From Planctomycetota bacterium (lineage in GTDB: Bacteria; Planctomycetota; UBA8108; SXIK01): 64,000 nt of DNA. The translations under genes were made by a program, and so were the position numbers. Of this stretch, positions 1-10,370 are shown one piece after another; position 1 is the stretch's first letter; each line of letters opens with the position of its first letter. The DNA is taken from assembly GCA_965223265.1 (NCBI GenBank), contig OZ244999.1, positions 5,536,001 to 5,600,000 on the forward strand. The letters are read 5' to 3'. Below the pieces are notes generated by a model that made no database searches, was not told where the DNA came from, and was given only the letters and a program-made list of their open reading frames with translations.

Positions 1-1
1 C

Positions 2-1234
2 AAACGCATCCCTCGAGAGCAACTGCAGAGAGAATGCTCACGGCGTGTCGACGCCCTGCTCAACGAGCAAGGCCGCCCCCTTTCGGCACCTGAGAAGCAA
101 CACCTGTTGCGACAAGTCATGGACGAGGTGTTCGGTCTCGGTCCGCTCGAAGATCTCCTTCGGGACGATACGGTCACAGACATCCTCGTCAACGGATCAG
201 GGCAAGTCTACGTAGAACGATTCGGCCAGCTCGAAGCGACGGACGCCAAGTTCCGCGACGACGCCCACGTCGTCACAGTAATTCAGCGTATCGCAGGCCG
301 AATCGGGCGCCGCATCGACGAAAGTTCGCCGATGCTCGATGCACGCCTGGCAGACGGCTCGCGCGTCAACGCGATTATTCCACCGCTCGCCCTCGACGGA
401 CCCGCGATGAGTATCCGTCGCTTCGGTGTCCAACCGATCGGTGTGCAAGATCTCTTGCGCCTCGAATCGATCGTTGACCCAGTCGTTCAATTCCTCGAGG
501 CATGTGTACATTCGAAACTCAACGTCCTGATGTCCGGAGGAACTGGTTCAGGAAAGACGACGATGTTGAACGTGCTTTCGCGCTGGATCCCACTCGGCGA
601 ACGCGTTGTTACGATCGAAGACGCCGCCGAGCTGAAGCTACAACGAGACCACGTCGTCCGCCTCGAAACTCGCCCCGCGAACGTCGAAGGCAAAGGACAA
701 GTGACTCAGCGCGATCTTTTACGCAACTCGCTGCGTATGCGTCCGGACCGAATCATCATCGGTGAAGTTCGCGGCGCCGAAGCACTCGACATGCTTCAGG
801 CGATGAATACTGGCCATGAAGGTTCAATGACAACCGTTCACGCAAACAACACAAGAGACGCCGTCAGACGCATCGAGAACATGGTCAGCATGGCCGGGCT
901 CAACTTTCCGGTTCGCGCCATTCGCGAACAGATCGCCTCGGCGCTCAACATTGTGGTGCAACTCAATCGCCTCACTGGCGGTCGCCGAAAATTGATCAGC
1001 GTCGCCGAAGTCACCGGTATGGAAGGCGAGACCGTCTGCCTCCAAGACATCTTCCGTTTCGAGCAGACCGGGCTCGATGAAGATGGTCGAGCCAAAGGCG
1101 AATTCGTTGCCTGCGGCGTCAGGCCTCAGATCCTGGACCGAATCGAGGCTGAAGGGATCGAACTCCCTGAGAACCTCTTCCATCGGCGAATCATTCCAAC
1201 CTCCTCTCACCAAGCACAGGAGCAACGAAAATGA
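2..1234 (+). CDS. cpaF: Tad/Flp pilus assembly ATPase (CpaF/TadA family), 5' truncated by the window edge
   Basis: Frame is open from base 2. Motifs: GLGPLEDLL, Walker [41 protein letters not shown]. Followed by tadB/tadC-like genes. Confidence 0.95.
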   Translation, partial: KRIPREQLQRECSRRVDALLNEQGRPLSAPEKQHLLRQVMDEVFGLGPLEDLLRDDTVTDILVNGSGQVYVERFGQLEATDAKFRDDAHVVTVIQRIAGRIGRRIDESSPMLDARLADGSRVNAIIPPLALDGPAMSIRRFGVQPIGVQDLLRLESIVDPVVQFLEACVHSKLNVLMSGGTGSGKTTMLNVLSRWIPLGERVVTIEDAAELKLQRDHVVRLETRPANVEGKGQVTQRDLLRNSLRMRPDRIIIGEVRGAEALDMLQAMNTGHEGSMTTVHANNTRDAVRRIENMVSMAGLNFPVRAIREQIASALNIVVQLNRLTGGRRKLISVAEVTGMEGETVCLQDIFRFEQTGLDEDGRAKGEFVACGVRPQILDRIEAEGIELPENLFHRRIIPTSSHQAQEQRK

Positions 1235-2217
1235 ATTCCGACTCACAGGAATTCCTCCACCTCATTACGATCGCAGGCGTATTCTTCTTCGTCTTTGCGA
1301 TCTGGATCATGGGCCTTCTCATCGCGATGATGAGGCGCTCGGCTCGGGCCGGGAAGATAGAGCAGCGTCTAGGCCTCTACGAAACCGACGGCTCAGACGC
1401 ACGAACTCTCTCGCTTTGGCATGAAGAGAAGGAAATCAGGACGAAAGTCGCAACGCGTGGACGCAAGCTCGGCTTCGTCCAGCGCTTCGATGCTCTCTTG
1501 TCCGAGGCCGGGTGGCACGTTCCTGCTTCTGCAGTCGGACTCGGCCTACTGGGCATCGTTGTGCTCTGTGAGGTCGTACTGTACCTCCTGACCGGCAACG
1601 TCTTCGCCGGCCTTTGTCTCGCAGGCGTGATTGTCACGGGATTCTGGTTCTTCCTGCTCAAACGCGCCGCAAGTCGACGTGCACTCTACGAGATGCAACT
1701 GGTCGACGCTCTCGACCTCGCAGCCCGCTCACTCCGGGCGGGGCACCCTCTTCTGGGATCCTTCCAGCTCATATCAGAGGAAATCGGTGCACCGGTCTCC
1801 GACACGTTCGCCGAGATCTGCGGACACCACTCTCTCGGTCTGAACCTGGAAACAGCCCTCGACAAGGTCGCTGAGCAGTCAACGAGCGATGACATGCGTC
1901 TGTTCTCGACTTCAGTCATCATTCAGCGCCGCACAGGAGGCAACCTTGCGGAGATGATGGAGCGGCTGGCCGAGGTCATCAGAGAACGCATGCGGCTGAA
2001 TCGCCGTGTCCGCGTCTTGACCGCTCAAACACAATTCTCCAAGCGTGTTCTCCTTGCGCTACCAATCGTCGTATTCTTCGTTCTCAACTTGCTCAGCCCA
2101 CAGTACATGGAGCCCCTCTACACGACCCGTGCAGGAAACATGCTGCTAGGCGTCGGTGTCTTACAGCTCTTGGCCGGTGCTTGGGTGATGAACAAGATGG
2201 TCAAAGTCATCGGGTAA
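1231..2217 (+). CDS. tadB: Tad pilus inner-membrane platform protein TadB (T2SSF family)
   Basis: Several TM helices; [17 protein letters not shown] and [11 protein letters not shown] motifs; overlaps the ATPase stop (ATGA). Confidence 0.9.
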   Translation: MNSDSQEFLHLITIAGVFFFVFAIWIMGLLIAMMRRSARAGKIEQRLGLYETDGSDARTLSLWHEEKEIRTKVATRGRKLGFVQRFDALLSEAGWHVPASAVGLGLLGIVVLCEVVLYLLTGNVFAGLCLAGVIVTGFWFFLLKRAASRRALYEMQLVDALDLAARSLRAGHPLLGSFQLISEEIGAPVSDTFAEICGHHSLGLNLETALDKVAEQSTSDDMRLFSTSVIIQRRTGGNLAEMMERLAEVIRERMRLNRRVRVLTAQTQFSKRVLLALPIVVFFVLNLLSPQYMEPLYTTRAGNMLLGVGVLQLLAGAWVMNKMVKVIG

Positions 2218-2236
2218 GAGTTTCGGAGCAAGTGAA

Positions 2237-3154
2237 ATGACCACCGAATTCGTCCTAGCCGTCCTTAGCTTTCTCGCGATCTTCGCGTTAGGCGCGGCCT
2301 ACGTCGTCACTGTGGCGGCACATCGCCGACGCGTCCAGAGTCGACTGACGGAGAAACAGAAAAGCGATTCGCTGATTGAGAGAGATCAAAAGACAGCGAA
2401 GAGTGACGGATTGAACCCACTCGCTCGCTTCGCCAGTCGAGTCAACAAATCAAAGCCGTCCGAAGGGCTCAAAGCGCGCCTCGCCAGCTCAGGTTTCCAC
2501 CACCCCGGAGCGCCCGCTGTCTTTCTCGGCTCCAAGATGGTCCTCCTGCTGGTCGGCACCATCGGTGCGACGCTTCTGACCCTGCCGTTTGAGTTCGCGC
2601 TCTACAATCGAGTCCTCCTGATCGTGGGCGCTGGGTCATGCCTGTCCCTGATTCCGGACCTGGTCGTCGCGCGCCGCAGATCTCACCGCAGATTCGAAGT
2701 GCAAACGAATCTGGCACACGCCGTTGATCTCTTGGAGATCTGTGTGTCGTCCGGAATGGGTCTCGACATGGCCTGGAACTCTGTAGCCGACGAGATTCGC
2801 CCTGTGAGTCTCACCCTGGCGGATGAAATGGCACTCACCAATTTGGAGATGCAGCTCGGCGTCACGCGTACCGACGCGATGCGCCACATGGTCGATCGCA
2901 CTGGAGCCGATGAACTTGGCTCTCTGGTCGCCGTCCTCGTCCAGTGCGAACGATTCGGCACGAGCATTGCAGACTCATTGAAAACGTTCGCCGGTACGCT
3001 CCGCGAGATTCGGAGTCAGAAGGCGCACGAAGCCGCTGAGAAAATGGCAGTCAAACTGCTCTTTCCCCTCGTTCTCTTTATCTTCCCAGTCATGTTCATC
3101 GCCGTTGCGGGTCCAGCTGGGATCCGAATCGTGGACATTATCGCTGGAAATTGA
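2237..3154 (+). CDS. tadC: Tad pilus inner-membrane platform protein TadC (T2SSF family)
   Basis: DLLEICVSSGMGLD, QCERFGTSIA, AEKMAVKLLFPLVLFIFP motifs; position after tadB. Confidence 0.9.
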   Translation: MTTEFVLAVLSFLAIFALGAAYVVTVAAHRRRVQSRLTEKQKSDSLIERDQKTAKSDGLNPLARFASRVNKSKPSEGLKARLASSGFHHPGAPAVFLGSKMVLLLVGTIGATLLTLPFEFALYNRVLLIVGAGSCLSLIPDLVVARRRSHRRFEVQTNLAHAVDLLEICVSSGMGLDMAWNSVADEIRPVSLTLADEMALTNLEMQLGVTRTDAMRHMVDRTGADELGSLVAVLVQCERFGTSIADSLKTFAGTLREIRSQKAHEAAEKMAVKLLFPLVLFIFPVMFIAVAGPAGIRIVDIIAGN

Positions 3155-3212
3155 TCTCCCCCCAAACGTGTTTACCCCCCACCAGAATCCCTTCCAACCT
3201 ACTCAAGGACGC

Positions 3213-3710
3213 ATGATGACATTCTCACCTCGCCTCCTGATCCTGCCTCTTTTCGTGGCGCTCGGCTGCGCACACGAACCCGAAACTGTTGACGACACGC
3301 CCGCGCTCAACCGCTGGATGGTCGAAACGTACCAGGCCAACGCGATCGAAAACGCGATCCTCGAAGACCGGACACTCTACCCCTATCACTTCGTCTCGGG
3401 GTCGGAGCAACTGAACCAACTCGGATCCGCCCGACTCGACGTTCTCGGCAACCATTTCATCCGCACCGGTCGCGAGCACGAACTCAACGTGAGGCGCGGT
3501 AGCACCTCGGACGATCTGTACCACGCACGGCGCGACGCCGTCGTTCGCCGCCTTGGCGAGCTGGGAGTGGAAGTCAGCAAGGTGTCACTGAAGGATGGAC
3601 TTCCCGGCGGAGACGGCGCGCCGTCTACTGATGTACGAGACACTTTGACTGCGCAGCAAGAAGCACGCGCGGTGCGGGCAGCCGCTGCCGCCACGACTGA
3701 AGAGGAGTAA
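3213..3710 (+). CDS. Putative lipoprotein of the Tad locus (possibly CpaD-like)
   Basis: Start reassigned to ATG 3213 after AAGGA; signal peptide with lipobox ALGC; co-oriented within the tad operon. Function is inferred from position only. Confidence 0.6.
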   Translation: MMTFSPRLLILPLFVALGCAHEPETVDDTPALNRWMVETYQANAIENAILEDRTLYPYHFVSGSEQLNQLGSARLDVLGNHFIRTGREHELNVRRGSTSDDLYHARRDAVVRRLGELGVEVSKVSLKDGLPGGDGAPSTDVRDTLTAQQEARAVRAAAAATTEEE

Positions 3711-3716
3711 TAACAA

Positions 3717-4367
3717 ATGAGAGTTTCACTCTTTCCCGCGATCATCGCCGCCACCATGATCGGTGGCTGCGCCTCGAGCCCCGACCACAGCTACGACACC
3801 CCCGAAACCACAGTCGACGACGAATTCTCACGCAATGCGGATCAGCCTCCGAAAGCGAAAACTCTCTATGCGCTGTCGCGGTTGCTATCGAGTCAAGGTC
3901 GTGCCGTCGAAGGTCACTACGTATTCCTACGCGCTATCAAGGAATTCCCCAACTATATTCCTGCATACAACGGGCTAGCGGAGTTCTACATGCGTCGCGG
4001 TCAAGTCGGCGATGCATTGTCGACCCTTCACGCTGCTCAGCGGCGCTCGCCAGACGATGCGGTCGTGCTGAATAACATCGGCATGTGTCACGTCTTGAAG
4101 GGCGAGCACGACACAGCTCTCCTGAATTTCACCAAGGCAGTTGATCGAGCTCCGCGCGTTCAGAAGTACGTAGCTAATAAGGCTGTCGCGCTTGGTATGC
4201 TTGGTCGCTACGACGAAGCTCTCGACGTCTACAAGAGTTTTCTCTCTGAATCTGTCGCGCACCTCAACGTCGCCATGATCTGCGAAGCTCGCAACGATCA
4301 TGAAAGAGCGTCGATTGAATACGCGGTTGCCCGCCGTAAGAAGCACCAAGAAGACCGCGGCAGCTAA
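3717..4367 (+). CDS. TPR lipoprotein, TadD-like pilotin
   Basis: GAGGAG upstream; lipobox IGGC; TPR motifs (AYNGLAEFY, VLNNIGMCH, NKAVALGMLGRYDEA). Confidence 0.75.
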   Translation: MRVSLFPAIIAATMIGGCASSPDHSYDTPETTVDDEFSRNADQPPKAKTLYALSRLLSSQGRAVEGHYVFLRAIKEFPNYIPAYNGLAEFYMRRGQVGDALSTLHAAQRRSPDDAVVLNNIGMCHVLKGEHDTALLNFTKAVDRAPRVQKYVANKAVALGMLGRYDEALDVYKSFLSESVAHLNVAMICEARNDHERASIEYAVARRKKHQEDRGS

Positions 4368-4449
4368 AGACGACGACTGCATCACCTCAATGCACGTAGA
4401 TTCAACCGCCGACAACGATTCCAGCCCCGTCGCTCTCGCTGAGCAGTCG

Positions 4450-5973
4450 ATGGAGCGAACCGCTGTCGGCGGTTTTCCATCCAGCCGCACGGCGTTGAAG
4501 TTCTCCGTCGCGCTAGGGCTGACAGCTCTCTTCACACTTCATATCAGCCGCAGCAATGCCATTGATCCCGACGTTTTCCATCAAATGGCGCTCTACCGGC
4601 AGACGCTGATCGAAGGGTCTGTCCCCCAAGCTGACCGCTTCGCGTTCACACCGACGGTCAGCCCTTCAGTGCACCATGAGTGGGGACATGGCGTGTTTCT
4701 CTACTATCTGGCCTCGGCGGGCACCTCAGCTGTCGTCGTCGCCAAATATCTGCTCGCCATCGGCGTAGCTTTCGTCTGCATCCTCGCGGCAGCACGACGC
4801 GGCGCCAATCTCGCCACGATCGCGATGTGTGTCCCGCTTGCCATCGTTCTCGGCGAGGCAGGCTTTACGACGATCCGAGCGCAAGTCTGGACGCTCTTGT
4901 TTACGGCTGCCGTGGTCCTGTTTCTCCACGAGGATCGACAAGGCAGACGGAAGTGGATCGCCGTTTGGCTGCCCATGTACGTGCTTTGGATCAATCTGCA
5001 CGCTGGTTTCGTCGTCGGGGTCGGACTCATCGCTCTTCATGGCATCGAACTCATCTTACGGAGAAAAAGCGTCACTCACTTGCTCTTGGTCGCCGCCGCA
5101 ATGGTGCCTCTATCGTTCGTCAACCCCTACGGAGTGACCTATTTCAGCGGCATCGCCCACAGCATCTTTCATGACCGCTCGCTCATCTCCGAATGGGTGC
5201 CAATTCTGCAAAGCCACAATACGACTGGCATTTTTATCTTCCTGTTTGCCGTCCTCATTGCCGCTTACGCGCTCCTTCGCCTCGGTTGGCGCCAATGCCC
5301 GGGACTCCTTGGACTGGCCGCATGTACCTATCAAGCGTTCAAGCACGAACGTCTCGTATTTATCTTTGCTGTGGTGTGGCTTTGCCTCGTCCCGGCGTAC
5401 CTGGTCAAGACGCCTCTAGGACGCCTGCTCGGGAGCAGGCTCACGCGCCATCAAAACTCTGTCGCCGTCGTGTGCCTCCTGCTCGCGGTCGCGCTCTTCG
5501 GAACCTGGGGGGCGCGTCAACCTTTACGCCTTGACGTCCCGTGCCACGCTCAGGAGCAGCCTCACGCTCCAGTCATCTACCCAGTAGGCGCCGTAGATTT
5601 TCTCGAAGCAGAGGAGTTCAAGGGCAAGATCGTGACTCCCTTCGTCGTCGGGCAGTACGTCAGCTGGCGACTTCACCCACGCGTCCTCGTCAGCCTCGAC
5701 GGCCGCTACGAAGCGGCCTATCCCCGCCATCTCTTGCCTGAGCACATCGACTTCTACGCAGCCAAGCCCGGCTGGCAAGAATTCCTCACGCGCTATCGAC
5801 CCGACGCCGTGCTTGTCAAACGAAGCAGCTCAGTCGGATCATCGCTCCGCTCGCTCGTCGGTTGGACTCTGCACTACCAAGACGACTCCTACCTTGTCTT
5901 CATGCGCGACGGCGTCCGCGAGGAATCACCCGTCGACCATCGCGGACGCAGACTGTCGCCACGGTTTCCGTAG
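4450..5973 (+). CDS. Multi-pass membrane protein, probable GT-C fold glycosyltransferase-like (start uncertain, 4300-4450)
   Basis: About 11-12 TM helices; acidic first loop DPDVFHQ, HEWG, LWINLHAGF, NPYG, ISEW and DGRYE motifs typical of a conserved GT-C-like family. Confidence 0.55.
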   Translation: MERTAVGGFPSSRTALKFSVALGLTALFTLHISRSNAIDPDVFHQMALYRQTLIEGSVPQADRFAFTPTVSPSVHHEWGHGVFLYYLASAGTSAVVVAKYLLAIGVAFVCILAAARRGANLATIAMCVPLAIVLGEAGFTTIRAQVWTLLFTAAVVLFLHEDRQGRRKWIAVWLPMYVLWINLHAGFVVGVGLIALHGIELILRRKSVTHLLLVAAAMVPLSFVNPYGVTYFSGIAHSIFHDRSLISEWVPILQSHNTTGIFIFLFAVLIAAYALLRLGWRQCPGLLGLAACTYQAFKHERLVFIFAVVWLCLVPAYLVKTPLGRLLGSRLTRHQNSVAVVCLLLAVALFGTWGARQPLRLDVPCHAQEQPHAPVIYPVGAVDFLEAEEFKGKIVTPFVVGQYVSWRLHPRVLVSLDGRYEAAYPRHLLPEHIDFYAAKPGWQEFLTRYRPDAVLVKRSSSVGSSLRSLVGWTLHYQDDSYLVFMRDGVREESPVDHRGRRLSPRFP

Positions 5974-5999
5974 AGCGTTCGCGGTGAACACCACGTGCG

Positions 6000-8348
6000 T
6001 CACTCTCCGGGCCGAAACTCTTCCTTAGGCCGAACGCGGAGATTCTCGGTGTACCCGTACTTGCTGACGAGTTGGCTAAGATAGTGAGGGTACTCGACGA
6101 TTGGTCGATCATCCGTGATCACCAGGCGCCCATCACCCCATGGCAACTGCCTCTCGTCGACGATGGCCGCGATCTTCGCCGCCCCTTCATCACCACCGTA
6201 GGTACGAACCCAGTCCCAGAACGTGTTGCCTCGATGGAGAGAGGCTTTACTTGCGACGGCTTCGACCGAAAGATCGATCGGTTCGTCAGAAAGCAGCACC
6301 AAATAGCCACCGTAGCAAACGACTCCGTGGTCGAACACTTGACGAGCGGTCTGACGTACCGCGAACGCCTGCTCATCCGTGCCGTACGCGTAGAGACACA
6401 GGACACCTCCCGGCTTCAGTCGAGCACTGAGCTGGCGGTAGAACTCGATCGAGTTCAAGAGCGCAGCACCCGCTTGTCGCAAGTACAGCGGAGCTGTGGT
6501 GATGACGTCATATTTCTGCTCGTTGAGAGCCAATCCAGTTCTCGCGTCCTGCCAGATGAGGTTCAGCCGTGGCGTGTCCGCAACGTGGAGCGTCCCCTCC
6601 GGGTAGAGTGCGTGGACACGCTTGAGCGTATGGTTAATCTCGTAGGCGTCGACGCGCTCGACTGCCGGCAGCTGTGCCAGGGTCGCAGCAGTGACTCCAA
6701 CCCCCGCTCCGATGACGCAGACGTCTCGGACCTCGCCGCTGTGCGCGAGAACGGGAGATACAGCCATCCACCAATTGCTGTCTCCCACATGATCACCGGG
6801 ACTTTGCGACACCTTTGAGTGCCAGAGCCCGTCCCAGAACATGTGTCCTTCTCTCGAGACACCGATAACACCGTCACGTCCGAAGAAGACGCGCATCGAG
6901 GGGAACCATCTCGACGTATCCACAAACAGAGGGGTGAGCAGCAAGGCACCAGCCAGGCCGACCGTGCACACAGCTCGTGACCACACGCTCCGACCCTCGA
7001 CAAGCGAATCGTTGTGAAGCGCCCAAAGGCTAAACGTCAAAAGAGCAAGCGCCGGGACGACGATCGCAACATGCAGCTCGTACCCCACGAGCGTAATCGC
7101 AAGAATCCCCAGGCAGCTGCCGACGGTATTCCAAGCATAGACGCGACCGACATCTCTGCCCCATGCCGATGCCGCCATGCTCGTTACCCGCGCAAAGAGG
7201 AATCCGAACAGAGCGCACGGTAGGAAGTAGTGAGACCGCGACAGAATGAAGCCAAGCATGGACCACGGCCCGTCGATCACAAGCGACGTCTTCGATTCAA
7301 GAAACATGGTGCAAGCGAGGAGCTGCAGGAGAGAACACCACACCAGCGCCGGAGAGAGGCGAAAACGCGTGCGCGCGGCGACTGCCGCGCCGAGACTCCA
7401 AAAGAGAAGAAAGCCAGTCAGGACCATCGAGAACGTATACGGAAGCGGTTCGTGGACCAGAGCACACAGACGAAACAAGAGCATCTGGTAAGCCAGGGAG
7501 CAAAAACCAAGTCCGAGGGCGAGAACATGCGCCAGTGGTAGCCTGGTGTTCGACTCGTTGCTCGACGTCTTGACCGCTGGTGTCCGTTCGGCGGTGCCTG
7601 AAGGGGATACATCGGACGCCGCGACAGATATCGGTGTAGGCGGTGGTAAGAGAAAGCGAAGCACCCAGAGCGCCAACCCTGCGAACAGATTCAGCCCGAC
7701 TGCAATGATCAGTGACTTAGCAATTCCAACGCGCGGCATGAGCCACGCGCTACCGACAACACAGCCGACAACACTCCCGACCGTATTGATGAAGAAGAGC
7801 AGCCCGATCACACGTGCGTCTCGCAGTCCCAAGCGCCGCTGGAGCACTTCAGAGGCGAGGGGCATGGTGGCTCCCATGAGCAGGCATGGGAGAGCCAAGA
7901 TCAGTACCGCCGTCACCGCATAGAGCATTCCCAGCGGCACACCTAGGGCGACGGCGGCGCGCTGAAAAGCAAATACCGACTGCGAGATGCCGGACGCAAG
8001 GATCCAGCAAACACAGAGGTTGACAACGGCAAGGAACGCTTCAACGAGCAAGAACGCGCGCAGCGGATCAACAATCCTGCGCGTATACCGCCCCATCTGC
8101 ATCGCCCCAACACCCAGGCCACCGATAAAAACGAGAACCACGATGGTCGAGCTAATCGACTCGCTTCCACCGAGGAAGCGCTTGAGCGAGCGCTGCCAAA
8201 AGACTTCGTTCAGCAACCCGGCCGCACCTGACGCAAGAAGTGCGACGGCCATCAAGCTGACAATCACCGCAGGATGAGGTAAGGCGCGGTCGCGCTCGCT
8301 GCTCGTTAGCGGAGACGGTTGTAGTTCGGCGACACTGGATGACACCAC
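6000..8348 (-). CDS. Fused MFS-like membrane domain / spermidine-synthase-like SAM-binding domain protein
   Basis: N-terminal TM repeats (SGAAGLLNEVFWQR, MGATMP, YAWNTVGSCLG); C-terminal Rossmann motifs VCVIGAGVGVT, DAYEIN, QDAR, LKPGG, ITDDRP. Confidence 0.8.
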   Translation of the reverse strand: MVSSSVAELQPSPLTSSERDRALPHPAVIVSLMAVALLASGAAGLLNEVFWQRSLKRFLGGSESISSTIVVLVFIGGLGVGAMQMGRYTRRIVDPLRAFLLVEAFLAVVNLCVCWILASGISQSVFAFQRAAVALGVPLGMLYAVTAVLILALPCLLMGATMPLASEVLQRRLGLRDARVIGLLFFINTVGSVVGCVVGSAWLMPRVGIAKSLIIAVGLNLFAGLALWVLRFLLPPPTPISVAASDVSPSGTAERTPAVKTSSNESNTRLPLAHVLALGLGFCSLAYQMLLFRLCALVHEPLPYTFSMVLTGFLLFWSLGAAVAARTRFRLSPALVWCSLLQLLACTMFLESKTSLVIDGPWSMLGFILSRSHYFLPCALFGFLFARVTSMAASAWGRDVGRVYAWNTVGSCLGILAITLVGYELHVAIVVPALALLTFSLWALHNDSLVEGRSVWSRAVCTVGLAGALLLTPLFVDTSRWFPSMRVFFGRDGVIGVSREGHMFWDGLWHSKVSQSPGDHVGDSNWWMAVSPVLAHSGEVRDVCVIGAGVGVTAATLAQLPAVERVDAYEINHTLKRVHALYPEGTLHVADTPRLNLIWQDARTGLALNEQKYDVITTAPLYLRQAGAALLNSIEFYRQLSARLKPGGVLCLYAYGTDEQAFAVRQTARQVFDHGVVCYGGYLVLLSDEPIDLSVEAVASKASLHRGNTFWDWVRTYGGDEGAAKIAAIVDERQLPWGDGRLVITDDRPIVEYPHYLSQLVSKYGYTENLRVRPKEEFRPGE

Positions 8349-8625
8349 GAGCGACTTCTCCTCGACCGAAAAACATAGCAGCCTCGATGGGCCGCAAAAG
8401 TGGCGACTTCACGTGCCGTCACGGCGAAGTATACCCTGGCATTCCAGGGCTGTCGCAACGAGCGCGGTGGAGAAGCGTGCACAGTACCATCACCGTGGAT
8501 TCTTTGGGGAGCGTGCATGGACTGCAGCGATCCTCATTACCGGTCGCGGCAAATCTCTCCATGCAGAGAGCGGTTACAACTACAGCGCAGCGGAGAACGC
8601 TTATCGGCAGCGTTTCCAAGAATCG

Positions 8626-10209
8626 TCAGTTAGCGCCCCTGCAAGAAATCTTACAGACGACGCTCCGCGTTGCCGGTGGCCTTGGCTCGGCGTGAGGCAA
8701 AATTGGGCGAACGACTTGTTCGAGCTGAAGCGTCACGACAGGGTCGTCACCTTGCACCTGCGACGAAGCCCCATCGATCTCCCCGCAAAGCCAGCGCAGA
8801 TAGTGTGACTGCAGAGCCTCGTGCCGCGGATCGCGCAGCAGTCGCTCCAGGTAATACTTGAAACGATAGGATGCGTGGAGCTGCGACAACTCGGAAGAAT
8901 CGCTCAGCGAAAAAAGTTCGGCCGCGTCTCCGACTACGACACCGCTCTCCCGGCGCCCAGAGATCTCAAATGAAACGTCCTCCTGCGGAGGTCGCGCATA
9001 CATCTGCCAGCGTTGCTTGATGAGTGACAACTCCTCGAACTGAGTCAAGAAGCTAGGAGTAGGGATCAGCCCGAGGTTGGTGAGATTCTGAAAAACCATT
9101 AGAAGCATCAGAATCGCTACGACCGCGGTGCCGAACCTACCGCGCGACCGAGCGGTCACCGCAGACGTCCCAGTACCGCCAAGCTCGTTCGTGTCGTCTG
9201 TGAGGTGCTCTGCATGGCGAGCACGTTCGAGCTCCCGACCCGTTCTCGCAGAAGTCTCCCCGTCGTTGGCACCGTCACGTCGTGGCCACCAGAGCCTCTC
9301 CCAGAACCACGTGGGGATAAGAAACAGCGTAGTCAGCGTAGAGATGAACGGAAAGAGATTGAGTTGAATCGTACTTCCAAGGCTCAGTTGAAAGATCCAG
9401 AACGAAAGGATTGTCAGCATCCGGATCGGGCCGTGCCAGACGGGAACAAGAAGTAACAACGGGCCGAGCAGCTCGAATATGATCGTCGCCGGAGTCAAGA
9501 CGCGAAGCAGGGCGGGAGACTCACTCAATACGTTACCGAGCGGGCGATTCCAGTACTCGTTCTGAAAAACAAGCTCTAGGGCGTTTCCGGTTGACGTCCA
9601 TTCTGGTCCCGATTTGCAGAGCCCCCCACCCCAGTAGAAGAGGATGAACTGCAGAGTCAACGCCACGGTGGCAAGAGAATAGCAGCGCGTCCCCGTGGCG
9701 TGCTCGCGAGATTGAAATCGCCCCAATCGAAGCGACCAGCGAGCCCCCAAAGGCAAAAAGACCCCCCAGAGAAGCAGCAATCGCACGAGTGCATCGCCAC
9801 CGTCGAGTAGCAAAGGGTTGCGCGCATGTAGCGACGTCATCAGGAGCCAACACCCGAAGCTCGCGACGCGAGCGTACACGCCCACGAGAAGAAACGCGGC
9901 GAACACGCCTGTGGTGCAAAACAGGAGGAGCTCAGTGACGTAGGATCCACCGAGAGCGTGGAAAGAAAGAGCGACGCCGGAAAGTGCGTCGCGTGGAAGG
10001 ACTCCCGCGTCGGTATAGTGAGCTGTCAGATGACGACTTCGGAGAACTAAATCGATGAGTATCAGCGACGCGAGAGCAATGCGAAAGAGCGATACAGACC
10101 TCAGGTCAGCGCCAAAGAGCTTGGAGAACGTGTCTCCCGCGGTAGTACGAGCCGATGCCCGCGTTGCTTCGACTTGCTGCTTGTGATCCGACGTTGTCGG
10201 AGGACTCAT
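8626..10209 (-). CDS. HTTM-domain membrane protein (vitamin K-dependent gamma-carboxylase-like)
   Basis: DLRSVSLFRIAL, HYTDAGVLPR, HARNPLLLDGGD, FLPLGARWS, K..PEW..G.AL and QRWQMY motifs. Confidence 0.8.
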   Translation of the reverse strand: MSPPTTSDHKQQVEATRASARTTAGDTFSKLFGADLRSVSLFRIALASLILIDLVLRSRHLTAHYTDAGVLPRDALSGVALSFHALGGSYVTELLLFCTTGVFAAFLLVGVYARVASFGCWLLMTSLHARNPLLLDGGDALVRLLLLWGVFLPLGARWSLRLGRFQSREHATGTRCYSLATVALTLQFILFYWGGGLCKSGPEWTSTGNALELVFQNEYWNRPLGNVLSESPALLRVLTPATIIFELLGPLLLLVPVWHGPIRMLTILSFWIFQLSLGSTIQLNLFPFISTLTTLFLIPTWFWERLWWPRRDGANDGETSARTGRELERARHAEHLTDDTNELGGTGTSAVTARSRGRFGTAVVAILMLLMVFQNLTNLGLIPTPSFLTQFEELSLIKQRWQMYARPPQEDVSFEISGRRESGVVVGDAAELFSLSDSSELSQLHASYRFKYYLERLLRDPRHEALQSHYLRWLCGEIDGASSQVQGDDPVVTLQLEQVVRPILPHAEPRPPATRSVVCKISCRGAN

Positions 10210-10370
10210 TTGAATTCGGGACTTCCTTGATGCGCCGTCGGCGTCAGATGCGACGAAATCACACGACAGATGAGTCGACTACGGACGAAGCTCAGCTACA
10301 GCCACATCCGAGTGGTGGTGATAAACCCGGCGTCGTCGATCGATACGCGCGTTCGCAAACGGTCTACGAT

